Below, one piece after another: positions 33,076-44,169 of a stretch of 64,000 nt of DNA. The stretch covers positions 1,152,001-1,216,000 of the forward strand of contig JBMNEZ010000001.1 of NCBI GenBank assembly GCA_050949045.1, read 5' to 3'. Under the pieces are notes generated by a model. It was not told the DNA's origin. It worked only from the letters and a program-made list of their open reading frames with translations, and ran no database searches. Made by a program: the position numbers and the translations under genes. This DNA is from Candidatus Izemoplasmatales bacterium (GTDB lineage Bacteria; Bacillota_I; Bacilli_A; Izemoplasmatales; Hujiaoplasmataceae). Within the stretch, counting starts at the first letter, position 1; each line of letters starts with the position of its first letter.

Positions 33076-34389
33076 TCAAATTCCAGAGATCGGCATCTTG
33101 CTGATTTTGACGCTTGGGCAGGTGATGCCGTAGTATGATGTTTTTAGATCGTTCCCCACTAAAACAATTTTTTTCATCAATTCAATGAAGTTACCAGAAA
33201 CTGTGATCAAAGCCACCGGTTTTGTTTTGACTCCGTTTTCGATAGTGAATCCGGTTGCTTGCAATGAGAAATCGCCGCTGATTGGATTCGCTCCGGAATG
33301 TCCCCCTTGAAGATCATTGATCAGAATGCCGTCTACGACGCTCTCGACAAGTTCGTTTTGCGACTTGTCGCCGGGCAATACTTTCAAGTTGACAGCGGCG
33401 ACCGAACCGGAAAAGGCATTTCCTGTCGATTTGACACCGTCTTTGTTGGCGGTCTTCAAATTATGGAGATAGGTCTTCAATACTCCATTTTTGACAAGTT
33501 CTTTGTATTTTGTGGCGACACCCTCGTCATCAAATGAGCGACTGCGGCTGCTTTTTTTCATGAAAGGGTCATCGACAATCGTCAATTTTTCCGAACCAAT
33601 AGTGGTATCCAGCCTGTCCTTCAATAACGACATGCCTTTCTGAACATTGTCAGCGGAGAAAATTCCTTGAAAGACCAAAATCAAAAGCGCAAAAGCATTT
33701 TGGTCAAAAACGATTTCGTATTCTTTAGAAGGAACCGGTTTCGCTCCGAGCGACGCTACCGCTCTTTGAACGATCTCGTCGGCTAACTCTTCAAGTGAAA
33801 AATCCACAAAATCATTGCTTATCACAAGATCGAAAGCGTTTCTTTGGTCTTCCTCGCCTTTAACGAGGATCGAACCGCCTAACATAGCGGAATTGGCTTT
33901 ATCCATCAGTTTCAAACCCTTGGTGTTCTGAAGCGATACGGATCTGGTCGTTTCCGAATAAAAACTATCGACATAAACGACGCGCGGATCTTTTTCTTTG
34001 AGAAGCGTTTCGAGCTTCTTGACAAGTTCAATCTTGCGGGCGACATCAATCTTGGAAAGCTTTGAATTATAAGTGTCTTTCAGTTCCTCGTAGTGCTCGT
34101 CCCCTTCATAGATGATGCTTTCATCAAGAGAATCGATCGCCTTGGCATTTTCAAGCAGTTTTTCGACGATTGAATCAATCGCTTCGTCATCCATGACTTC
34201 GGTAACATAGGAAGCTAGTTTTTTGTTATAGACTCCTTTGATTGTCAGGCTTGAATAATCGGCTATCTCATATTTCTCGAGATTGCCTTTAAAGACGTTG
34301 AGTGAGAGATCGCGATTGTCGACCAAGTAAACCTGAACATCGGTGAATCCCTTCTTTTTGGCGACATCAAAGAGTTTTTGATAATTCAT
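33076..34389 (-). CDS. pmbA: TldE/PmbA family protein
   Basis: Start MNYQKLF; FDDEG, G.L..YLH, STGNA, GANPISGDFS, ITVSGN; lacks HExxxH; follows tldD. Confidence 0.88.
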   Translation of the reverse strand: MNYQKLFDVAKKKGFTDVQVYLVDNRDLSLNVFKGNLEKYEIADYSSLTIKGVYNKKLASYVTEVMDDEAIDSIVEKLLENAKAIDSLDESIIYEGDEHYEELKDTYNSKLSKIDVARKIELVKKLETLLKEKDPRVVYVDSFYSETTRSVSLQNTKGLKLMDKANSAMLGGSILVKGEEDQRNAFDLVISNDFVDFSLEELADEIVQRAVASLGAKPVPSKEYEIVFDQNAFALLILVFQGIFSADNVQKGMSLLKDRLDTTIGSEKLTIVDDPFMKKSSRSRSFDDEGVATKYKELVKNGVLKTYLHNLKTANKDGVKSTGNAFSGSVAAVNLKVLPGDKSQNELVESVVDGILINDLQGGHSGANPISGDFSLQATGFTIENGVKTKPVALITVSGNFIELMKKIVLVGNDLKTSYYGITCPSVKISKMPISGI

Positions 34390-35785
34390 CTTGTTTGGCT
34401 CCTTTCTTACCGCCGACAGTGATTTGGGAAACGCGGATCGCCGGTTGTCCGACGTCTGCCGGAATCGATCCCGATACCGAACCGCACATACCTCGTGCAC
34501 GGTCGAGATTGTTGGCGACCATATCGATCTTCATCAGGATGTCGGCTCCGTTACCGACCAATGACGCTCCTCGGACCGGTTCGGCAATTTTCCCATCACG
34601 GATCAGATAACCTTCGGAAACGGCAAAGTTGAAATCGCCGGTCCCGGGATTGACGGATCCGCCGCCCATTTTTGCGGCATACAGACCATAGGTCGTGTTT
34701 TGAATGATCTCCTCAAGGGTTGAAGTCCCATTATCAATAAAAGTATTGCTCATTCTCGATGTTGGAAAATATTTGTAGGATTCTCTTCTTGAAGAACCTG
34801 TTGGCTTATGGTTCATTCTACGCGAATTAAGGTTGTCAACCATATAACTCTTAAGAATCCCCTTATCAATCAAAACTCTTCTCTGTTGAGGATTGCCTTC
34901 GTCGTCATAGTTCGCAGATCCCCAGCCGTTTTCGATCGTGCCGTCATCGATCGCAGTCACGATGTTAGAAGCCACTCTTTGGTTGAGTTTTCCACAGAAA
35001 ACAGAAGCTTCCTTGGCGACGAAAGTCGCTTCGAGACTATGCCCGCAGGCTTCATGAAAAATGACGCCGCCAAATTTGTTGTCAATGACGACAGGCATTG
35101 TTCCGCTCGGGCATTCTTCCGCGAAAAGCATCGTTTTTGCCGTCCTGGCGGCTTCTTTGGCATAATCCTCAACATTTACATCTTCAAAAAAGTATTCGTA
35201 GCCTTTGCCGCTTCCGGGCCCTTCCGTCCCTGTCTGCATGACCCCGTCTTTCTGTGCAATCGCGGTGATATAGATTCTTTCTCTGACTCTGGTCTCACTG
35301 ACATAACGGCCATCGCTGTTGGCTATCTCAATATCCTGCACCGAATCGCCAAGGTTGACGCTCACTTGTTTGATGACCTCGTCATAATCTTTGGCTGCCT
35401 GATAGGCTTTTTTCATCAGCGAGATTTTTGCTTCCTGGCTGACATCTTTTGGGTTGATCTTTACTTGATGGCGCTTGCCAATCTCAAGAGGCATCAAAGG
35501 CATTCTCTCGATTTTGGGGCCGGAAAAGGATTTTGCCAAGTTTTTGGCAAGTTTGACCATTGTCTTTGGATTTTTCTCATTGGTATAGCCATAGACCGAT
35601 ATCAAACCCTGCGCTAGCCGAACCCCAATGCCGTAAATGCGGGAACTGGTAGCCTTTTCGATCTTCCCGCCGACCAATTGCAAGTTGTTCGCATACTTTT
35701 CTTCGACAAACACTTCCGCAAAATCGGCTCCTGTCGCCATACCGGCATCGAGGATGGCTTCGATTGTCTTTTTATCAAGCAACAT
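34367..35785 (-). CDS. tldD: TldD metalloprotease
   Basis: GADFAEVFVE, FHEACGHSLEA, YDDEG, RMSNT, GMCGS, ITVGG. Confidence 0.93.
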   Translation of the reverse strand: MLLDKKTIEAILDAGMATGADFAEVFVEEKYANNLQLVGGKIEKATSSRIYGIGVRLAQGLISVYGYTNEKNPKTMVKLAKNLAKSFSGPKIERMPLMPLEIGKRHQVKINPKDVSQEAKISLMKKAYQAAKDYDEVIKQVSVNLGDSVQDIEIANSDGRYVSETRVRERIYITAIAQKDGVMQTGTEGPGSGKGYEYFFEDVNVEDYAKEAARTAKTMLFAEECPSGTMPVVIDNKFGGVIFHEACGHSLEATFVAKEASVFCGKLNQRVASNIVTAIDDGTIENGWGSANYDDEGNPQQRRVLIDKGILKSYMVDNLNSRRMNHKPTGSSRRESYKYFPTSRMSNTFIDNGTSTLEEIIQNTTYGLYAAKMGGGSVNPGTGDFNFAVSEGYLIRDGKIAEPVRGASLVGNGADILMKIDMVANNLDRARGMCGSVSGSIPADVGQPAIRVSQITVGGKKGAKQDELSKTL

Positions 35786-35797
35786 TTCTCATTCTCC

Positions 35798-37291
35798 TTA
35801 TAAATAAAGTTCGGTATATTTTTCTTTCAAATAGTTGATGTAGTAACGGGGATTGAATTCCTCCCCCGTGATTGAAACTAGGAGTTCCTTGGGTGTCTTT
35901 GAAGAGCCGTACTGGTGCATCTTCTCCTTGAGCCAGAAGTTGATCAGTTCCATCTTGTTATCTCTTATGGCTTTGTCGATGTCGATTTCCTTCTTCATGA
36001 CGTTGTAGATCTGGGCAGCATAGGCGCTACCAAGCGCGTATGTGGGAAAGTAGCCGATCATGCCACCGCTCCAATGGATATCCTGCAAGACGCCTTCCGC
36101 ATCGTTTTTGGGTTCGATGCCCAGATATTCCTTAATCGTGCGATTCCAAAGCGTAGGCAGTTCGTCGACACTTACTTTATCCTGCATAAGCAATTTCTCG
36201 ATCTCATACCTGACCATGATGTGGAGCGGATAGGTCAGTTCGTCGGCTTCAATCCTGATCAACGTTGCTTCGACATGATTGACCGCCTTATGGAACTCCT
36301 TGACAGAAATACCTTTTGTCTGTTCCGGGAAGATCTCTTGAAATTTGCGATAATGGGTTTCCCAAAAAGCTAAGCTGCGGCCAAGGATATTCTCATAAAA
36401 ACGCGATTGAGATTCGTGGATTCCCATCGAAGCCCCATTTGAAAGGAACGTGTCATCCCATTTGGTATCTATTTGTTGTTCATAGATTGCATGCCCGAGT
36501 TCGTGAATGACTGAAAAAATGCAGGAAAGCGCGTAATTTTCCAAATATCTGGTCGTCAGCCTGACATCAGCCGGCGAGGTGTTCCAGGTGAATGGGTGAA
36601 CGCTTTTCTTCAAAAGTCCCCGGTTGCGATTAAATTTCATGACATCTAGCAAGTACTCGCTGAATTCTTTTTGTTTGCTTTCGGAGTAATGCCGGAAAAC
36701 GAAATCAGCGTTCTTTTGGTTTTTCGTCTTTTCAAGGACCTTTCTCACAAAGGGGACAAGGTCATTTTTCAAGGTATCGAAGAATTGATCGTATTCCTTC
36801 ATCGACATGCCTTCCTCAAATTCGTCAAGCATGACATTGTAGGGGTCGTCATCAATGCCGTAGTAGGAAACAAAACGCCTGTTAAAGTCAAAGATCTTTT
36901 GAAGGGTATCCTTGAAGAGAGAGTAATCTGCTTTGGCTTTTGCCTCTTCCCAGTTCACTTGGGCCATTTGTAAAAGGGATTGGTACTCCACAAATTCCGC
37001 TTGCGGGATCTTGATGATCTTATCAATCTGCTTTTTGGCTCTTTTGATTTCTCTTGCGGTCAAATCGTCAAGTTCATCCTTCTTGGCGTCAAGAGCGTAA
37101 ATCAGTTCGACGTTTTCTTTCGCCACCATCAGTTTGAAGATCTCGCCACTCATGTAACCCATGACCTCTGCCCGCCTTGAAAAAGCATCGCGTGGAGCTT
37201 CAGTCTGGGAATCCCAGCTGACAAGCGCCATCATGTAGGCATAGGCTTTTTGTTTTTTGACTAAATCTCGAAATTGTTGGATCTGTTCCAT
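35798..37291 (-). CDS. M32 family carboxypeptidase
   Basis: HPF, DVRLTT, HELGH, HESQS, IRIEADE, GYFPTYALG. Confidence 0.95.
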   Translation of the reverse strand: MEQIQQFRDLVKKQKAYAYMMALVSWDSQTEAPRDAFSRRAEVMGYMSGEIFKLMVAKENVELIYALDAKKDELDDLTAREIKRAKKQIDKIIKIPQAEFVEYQSLLQMAQVNWEEAKAKADYSLFKDTLQKIFDFNRRFVSYYGIDDDPYNVMLDEFEEGMSMKEYDQFFDTLKNDLVPFVRKVLEKTKNQKNADFVFRHYSESKQKEFSEYLLDVMKFNRNRGLLKKSVHPFTWNTSPADVRLTTRYLENYALSCIFSVIHELGHAIYEQQIDTKWDDTFLSNGASMGIHESQSRFYENILGRSLAFWETHYRKFQEIFPEQTKGISVKEFHKAVNHVEATLIRIEADELTYPLHIMVRYEIEKLLMQDKVSVDELPTLWNRTIKEYLGIEPKNDAEGVLQDIHWSGGMIGYFPTYALGSAYAAQIYNVMKKEIDIDKAIRDNKMELINFWLKEKMHQYGSSKTPKELLVSITGEEFNPRYYINYLKEKYTELYL

Positions 37292-37394
37292 TTTTAATCA
37301 CCTTGTATTTTATTATAACACCATTGAATAAAATCATTTGTGTTTTTTGTGTAAACAAATGTTGTCAAATAGCAATGAAAAAGCGTTCTGTGTG

Positions 37395-39020
<1,626 letters not shown>

Positions 39021-39032
39021 TCACCTAAAAAT

Positions 39033-39108
39033 AAAAAAAGGATTCTCCTCTGGAGAACCCTTTTTATGGGCTCTTTTAGATTATAACAAATACCAACTTC
39101 AAAAGCAA
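39033..39108 (-). promoter_or_regulatory. pyrG promoter with leader terminator (attenuator)
   Basis: TTGCTT-17 nt-TATAAT with TG extension, then GGGTTCTCC-AGA-GGAGAATCC-TTTTTTT before the start codon. Confidence 0.7.
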
Positions 39109-39122
39109 TTCCTTTTTTATTA

Positions 39123-39686
39123 TTATTCGTCGTACATTTTTTCGTAGTCGTCCATGTACTCGTTATACTTGTCATCGTCGAATTCTTCGTCTTCTTCGTG
39201 GGCAATATCGCTTTCATCCTCAACGAAGTCATCTTCTTCGTCATCAAAGCCGTCGTAATCGATGTCTTCCTCTTCCTCGTCGTCTTCCTCAAATTCATCG
39301 AAGTCAAGGTCTTCCTCGTATTTGTCTTCGCTTTCCTCTTCTTCGTCGTCTTCGCTGTCCTCTTCGTCAAGTTTCTTTTCATCTTCTTCATCGTCTTCAA
39401 CGAGTTCTTCAGCAAGATCAGGGTATTCATCATAGTAATCCTTATCCCAATCTTTGGTTTTTAACCTGCTCTTGAGATCCCAGAGGTCATCACCGACATA
39501 GACGAATTTGCCGGAGATGATGAAATCAGCATAAACTTGTGAAATCAAATCATTTTTTTCTTCCTCGGAAAGATCCTTGACTTCACAGATCGCCTGATAC
39601 AATTCCACAAACGACATTGATTGCTTGTTATTGGAGAGAATCGTCTCGGCAGTTTCAAGCAGTGACATTTGGTTCCAATCAGTCAT
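39123..39686 (-). CDS. rpoE: RNA polymerase delta subunit
   Basis: MSLLETA..IL, SQVYAD...GKFVYVGD..WDLK, long D/E-rich tail; upstream of pyrG as in Bacilli. Confidence 0.93.
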   Translation of the reverse strand: MTDWNQMSLLETAETILSNNKQSMSFVELYQAICEVKDLSEEEKNDLISQVYADFIISGKFVYVGDDLWDLKSRLKTKDWDKDYYDEYPDLAEELVEDDEEDEKKLDEEDSEDDEEEESEDKYEEDLDFDEFEEDDEEEEDIDYDGFDDEEDDFVEDESDIAHEEDEEFDDDKYNEYMDDYEKMYDE

Positions 39687-39690
39687 TTTT

Positions 39691-40070
39691 TCAGTTCCTT
39701 CCCTTATTTAAGTGCCAAGCCAAATTTAGGGAGTGGCTTGAAGCGCCCGACTGCCTTCAACTAGATCGTATTCCAGTTGTAAACTTTTGTCGGAAACGCT
39801 GTGTTTCCTGGTGAAAACGCTCATCATGAACTCGATACAGTCTAACTTGAACTTGCAGCTAGACTTTTTTCCGCCTTAAAATAAGAGATCGAGTTCTTCC
39901 GATCCGTCACGATTGAGATGGCCTTCCTTCTCGCTTAGTTAAAAACTGTATTTTTGCCCACTCGGATCGGTAAACACTATTTGGTTTCAATCTCTTGTCG
40001 CATCGGCGGTGAATTTTGTCATAGAAGTGCCATTGATAGCGATTTTGAACTTTAAAATGAGGTTGTCCAA
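39691..40070 (-). pseudogene. Interrupted ORF, possibly DUF1934/YwiB-like
   Basis: From TTG at 40070 one frame reads protein-like for about 110 codons through three stops (39987-89 TGA, 39939-41 TAA, 39876-78 TAA), with a probable late frameshift; position before rpoE-pyrG is where DUF1934 genes sit in several Bacilli. Confidence 0.55.
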
Positions 40071-40159
40071 ACAATCACCCTGGAAATGCTTAATCATTAT
40101 ATATTACTTTGATTACAAATACAAGTACCATTTTTTTACTTTTTTGTAAAGGAAATTAA

Positions 40160-41836
40160 CTAGAATAATTGATCGTCGTGCGTGAAATCCTCAAAGAGAA
40201 CATTGACAGCCATATTGTTGCAATGATCGCCGATCCTTTCAAGATTTGAAAGGATGTCCACGTAGTATCCAGCTTCGGTTTCCGAACATGAGCAATCCTG
40301 AATCCGAGTGATGTGTTTCTTGCGGTATTGTTTGACTTTCTTGTCAAGAACGCTTTCCCTGATGTTAACTTCACGGGCGAGCAAAACATCTTTATTAATA
40401 TATGCCTGAAGCGCCTCCTTGAGACTCATTCTCAAAAACTCAAAGAGATCAAGCAAATCGGCGCGGGCTTCCTCATGAAGTTCGATTTTGTTTTCGTGGC
40501 GTTCCTGGAAAAATTCAAGAATGTTTTCAAGATGATCGCCGATCCGTTCGAGATCGGTGATCGTGTCAATATCCTTGGCCAGTTGTTGGACTTGTCGGTT
40601 TTCGAGATTGCTAGCTCCGATTTTAACAAGAAAGTTATGAATCTTGTCGTCCATCCTGTCGATCATTTCTTCACATTGAATACCCATATCAAAGTCTTTA
40701 TGATCGTTCTCGAAGGCGTAGTTGAAGGCGTATTCGAACATTCCTCTCGCAACATTTCCCATGTTGATGATTGCCTTTTTGGCGTTCTCCAATGCTAGTT
40801 CCGGGGCTTCCTTGATTAGGCGCTCTTCCAAAACAACGTCATCGACTTCAATTTCATTTTTCGACGGCACAATTTTTGATATCAACCAAACCATCTGTTT
40901 CACAAAAGCAAATAACAGTAATACTGTGATGGCATTGAAAGTGACATGGGCGAGCGAGATTGTGAGTTTATCGGTCAGGTAGCCGGGTCCAAACATTTTT
41001 TCGGACACGAATGCAATCAAAGCAGTATACGGGCGTAAGAGAATGAAAAAGATGATCGTGCCGATCATGTTAAACATGACGTGGATGCCCGCCGTCCTTC
41101 TGGCGGCGGAGGTTCCGCCTATCGAAGCTATTACCGAGGTGATTGTCGTGCCGATATTATCACCGAGAACGATCGCAATCGCGCCCATCAAGGGTACGGC
41201 GCCGGTCGCATACAGCTGTTGGAGAATACCGATCGTCGCCGAAGAGGATTGGATGACAACGGTAGTGCCGATACCGGCCAAAACACCGAGAATCGGATAG
41301 TCGGCGACTGTCAAAAATATATTTTGAAAAGCCGGCAACTCCACCAGTTGAGCCAAGGCCCCGCCCATAGTCTCAAGGCCAAAAAAGAGCATTCCAAAAC
41401 TCAGGATGGCCTTGCCTAAATCCTGAACCTTACGTTTTTTAACAAAAAAAATGAGCGCGCTGCCGACAAACATGATCGGCAGGGCATATTCGCCGATTTT
41501 GAGGCCGATTAAAACCGAAGTCACGGTGGTACCGATATTTGTGCCAAAAATGACACCAACAGCTTGTGGCAGAGTCATGAGCCCCGCCTGAACCAACCCG
41601 ACGACCAAAACGGTCGTCGCCGATGAGGATTGGATTAAGCCGGTGACGATAATCCCGACAAAGATCCCTTTCAAAGGCGTGTTGGTTGATTTTTCCAAGA
41701 TCAATCTCAGTTTTGAGCCCGCAAGTTTTTTCAGCGAATCGGTCATCATAGTGATGCTGAATAGAAAAATTCCCAGGCCGCCAACGATTGCAAATACAGT
41801 TGTTTTCCAATCAATTGCCAGCAAGTATAATCCCAT
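40160..41836 (-). CDS. Na+/Pi cotransporter with PhoU-like C-terminal domain
   Basis: Two QSSSAT..G.NIGTT repeats; DLERIGDH and NLERIGDH. Confidence 0.93.
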   Translation of the reverse strand: MGLYLLAIDWKTTVFAIVGGLGIFLFSITMMTDSLKKLAGSKLRLILEKSTNTPLKGIFVGIIVTGLIQSSSATTVLVVGLVQAGLMTLPQAVGVIFGTNIGTTVTSVLIGLKIGEYALPIMFVGSALIFFVKKRKVQDLGKAILSFGMLFFGLETMGGALAQLVELPAFQNIFLTVADYPILGVLAGIGTTVVIQSSSATIGILQQLYATGAVPLMGAIAIVLGDNIGTTITSVIASIGGTSAARRTAGIHVMFNMIGTIIFFILLRPYTALIAFVSEKMFGPGYLTDKLTISLAHVTFNAITVLLLFAFVKQMVWLISKIVPSKNEIEVDDVVLEERLIKEAPELALENAKKAIINMGNVARGMFEYAFNYAFENDHKDFDMGIQCEEMIDRMDDKIHNFLVKIGASNLENRQVQQLAKDIDTITDLERIGDHLENILEFFQERHENKIELHEEARADLLDLFEFLRMSLKEALQAYINKDVLLAREVNIRESVLDKKVKQYRKKHITRIQDCSCSETEAGYYVDILSNLERIGDHCNNMAVNVLFEDFTHDDQLF

Positions 41837-41969
41837 ATTCCCTCCTAGCATCGCTTGGGTTTGGCACGATTCCAAAACCGTTCTTATTATAGCAGATACC
41901 AATCATATATGATACCCTTCAAAAACGCTTTCATCCAAAAAAAGAAGGCGAAATAAACGCCTTCAGAAA

Positions 41970-42938
41970 TCAGGATTGGTTTGCCAGAAGCTGTTCTTTG
42001 TATTCTTTGACCAGTTTGTCGGCATCGTCCAACAACTCATCGACCTTCTCCCAGGTCCCGAGATTGGCTCCGCAAGCCATCGGATGCCCGCCACCGTCGT
42101 ATTTGTTTGCGAGATTGTCGATTGCCGGCCCTTTGGAGCGAATCCTGGCTCTGACAATCTGGTTCTCATACTCAGCGAAAAGAATCCAAACCGGGCAGTC
42201 CGCAAGCGTTGATAATTCGTTGACGAGTGAGGTCGCCTCCTCAAGAGTGACCTGATATTTGGCGATGATTTCCGGTTTCAATTTAATATAGACGACACCG
42301 TTTGGTGTTTTTTCAAAGTTCTGCAGGACATACCCCTGCATTTTCATCAGATTTTCCGACTTAACATCGAGAATAGCCAAAATATCGGTGAAATCCAAAC
42401 CGAAATCAAGCAAATGGGCAACAGCCTTGAAGGTATCGGCGGTCACTGAGCGGTACTTGAATCTGCCGGTATCGGTAACGATGCCGGTATAAAGCGATCT
42501 GGCCGCTTCCATGTTCAGTTTAAGAATTTTGTCGAATTCAAGATAGAACTCAAGGATGATCTGCGATGTCGCCGGTCTGGTCGTGTCCACATACTGATAA
42601 TCGCCATAGTCGTCGATCGGAAGATGATGATCTATTTTGATCACATATTTGCCGAGAGAATAGCGTTGATCAGCGATTCTATCCCTCGTTGCGGTGTCGA
42701 CGACAATCACGAGGGCGTCCTTGAATTTTTCGTCGGGGATGATGTCAACATCGCCGATAAACTTAACATGTTCGGCAACATCGCCGACGACATATACTTC
42801 TTTTTCGGGAAAAGACTCATTCAATATTTCTTTAAGACCAAAGGCCGCCCCATAGCAGTCGCCATCAGGCCGGATGTGGGTATGGATGATGATAGTGTTG
42901 AACTGGAGAATTTTGTCCATAATAATTTGTTTATCCAT
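41970..42938 (-). CDS. nrnA: DHH/DHHA1 oligoribonuclease/pAp phosphatase, NrnA-like
   Basis: H.RPDGD, VVDT, IDHH, TDTGRF, RIRS, GGGH..ACG. Confidence 0.9.
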   Translation of the reverse strand: MDKQIIMDKILQFNTIIIHTHIRPDGDCYGAAFGLKEILNESFPEKEVYVVGDVAEHVKFIGDVDIIPDEKFKDALVIVVDTATRDRIADQRYSLGKYVIKIDHHLPIDDYGDYQYVDTTRPATSQIILEFYLEFDKILKLNMEAARSLYTGIVTDTGRFKYRSVTADTFKAVAHLLDFGLDFTDILAILDVKSENLMKMQGYVLQNFEKTPNGVVYIKLKPEIIAKYQVTLEEATSLVNELSTLADCPVWILFAEYENQIVRARIRSKGPAIDNLANKYDGGGHPMACGANLGTWEKVDELLDDADKLVKEYKEQLLANQS

Positions 42939-43875
42939 CGTATTCCTCCAACAAACGATCGAGATCCTCGAGAATCAGATCGCATTCCCGAAAAGAAGCG
43001 ACAGTAGCGCCACAGGCAAGCAGGTGTCCGCCACCGCCATATTTTTTCGCCACTTCAATGATCGGCACTTTTCTTGATCTCAGTTCACAGAGAATTTTAC
43101 CGGTATCGATGTCAAGGGTAAAATTCGCCCAAATAGGAATTTCCTTAATTCCGGAAAGCTGATTTGCTAGCATCCTGCTGGCGGTTTGGCTTTCTATTCG
43201 ATATTTTTCCAGAAATGCCGCATCGTTTTTCCGGTATCCGACATTATTTCTGGTCAATGAAAAACTGTTCAGATACTCTGCTTTCATTCTTTTTGTTTCC
43301 AGCGACTCGATATACAATAAATTGTAGATTTCAGTAAGATTGATTCCGCTTTCAAGCAATACGGCGGCGATCCGAAAGGTATCCGGCTTTACTGAAGAAA
43401 ACTGGAAGCGACCGGTATCGCCGACAATCCCCATATAAAGCGGCTTGGCCGCGGTCGCATCAATCTCGATTCCATTTTTGATCAGAAAGCGGGCGATCAT
43501 CTCCGAGGATGAAGACGCTTCGGCATCTTTGTAATAGAGATCGGGAGCTAAATCGGTATCGTTTTGATGATGGTCGATGACAATCACTTTTTTTGCCAAA
43601 AGATAATTGTCATCCCCGAGCATCTGACGGACCGAGGTGTCAATAATGAAGTACAGACTATTCCGCAAAATCGGCTCGGAAACCGTGTCAAACTCCTGAA
43701 AGTAATTAAGCCCATTGGTATCACCGACAACGTAAAACCGCTTGGCGGGGAAATGTTTTTTCAGTGCGTAATACAAACCAAATTGCGAACCGTAGGCGTC
43801 AAGATCAGGTGATTTATGTCTGGCGATGACGATACTGTCATGGTCTTCGATTTGCTTGAATATTTCTTTATCCAC
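42931..43875 (-). CDS. nrnA: Second NrnA-like DHH/DHHA1 phosphoesterase
   Basis: H.SPDLD, IIDT, IDHH, GDTGRF, ELRS, GGGH..ACG; GTG start with SD GAGG. Confidence 0.88.
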   Translation of the reverse strand: MDKEIFKQIEDHDSIVIARHKSPDLDAYGSQFGLYYALKKHFPAKRFYVVGDTNGLNYFQEFDTVSEPILRNSLYFIIDTSVRQMLGDDNYLLAKKVIVIDHHQNDTDLAPDLYYKDAEASSSSEMIARFLIKNGIEIDATAAKPLYMGIVGDTGRFQFSSVKPDTFRIAAVLLESGINLTEIYNLLYIESLETKRMKAEYLNSFSLTRNNVGYRKNDAAFLEKYRIESQTASRMLANQLSGIKEIPIWANFTLDIDTGKILCELRSRKVPIIEVAKKYGGGGHLLACGATVASFRECDLILEDLDRLLEEYDG

Positions 43876-44000
43876 AAAAACACCTCGATTCTCATTGTAT
43901 TATAACACATGATGGAGGCGGCTCATACGGTGATGATGGAAAAAAACAACCTGCAAAAATGACTTGCTTTCACTACCAATACAAGGTAAAATAAAGAAAA

Positions 44001-44066
44001 ATCGTATATCATCGATGATATGGATCAAAAGGCTCTACCCCGAAACCGTAAATTCCGGGACTACAA
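44001..44066 (+). promoter_or_regulatory. Purine (guanine-type) riboswitch aptamer, imperfect
   Basis: CGTATA..., L2 GATATGG, J2/3 ..CTCTAC, L3 CCGTAAA, GACTAC (C74); sits upstream of guaA-guaB. Confidence 0.85.
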
Positions 44067-44104
44067 AAACATCAATATACTATTTGTCTCTATAGCACGT
44101 TTTT

Positions 44105-44148
44105 GAGAGTACCGGTCATAAAGTATCGACTACTCTTTTTTTGTTTTC
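44105..44148 (+). terminator. Probable riboswitch expression-platform terminator
   Basis: AGAGTA...TACTCT stem followed by a long T-tract before the guaA SD. Confidence 0.6.
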
Positions 44149-44169
44149 ATTGATCTTCCGGGAGGAAAT

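Noticed and set aside
39123..39430. Repetitive TCx/TCTTC sequence
   Set aside because: It is the Asp/Glu tail of the RNA polymerase delta subunit, not a repeat element.
39801..39818. parS-like TGTTTCCTGGTGAAAAC
   Set aside because: Wrong spacing and several mismatches to the consensus.
39700..40090. Candidate tmRNA, RNase P or other large ncRNA in the ORF-free gap
   Set aside because: No tRNA-like ends or GAGGAAAGUCC core; a stop-interrupted protein frame explains it better.
43868..43876. Perfect DnaA box TTATCCACA
   Set aside because: Single copy overlapping a start codon; no box cluster or dnaA, so not called oriC.
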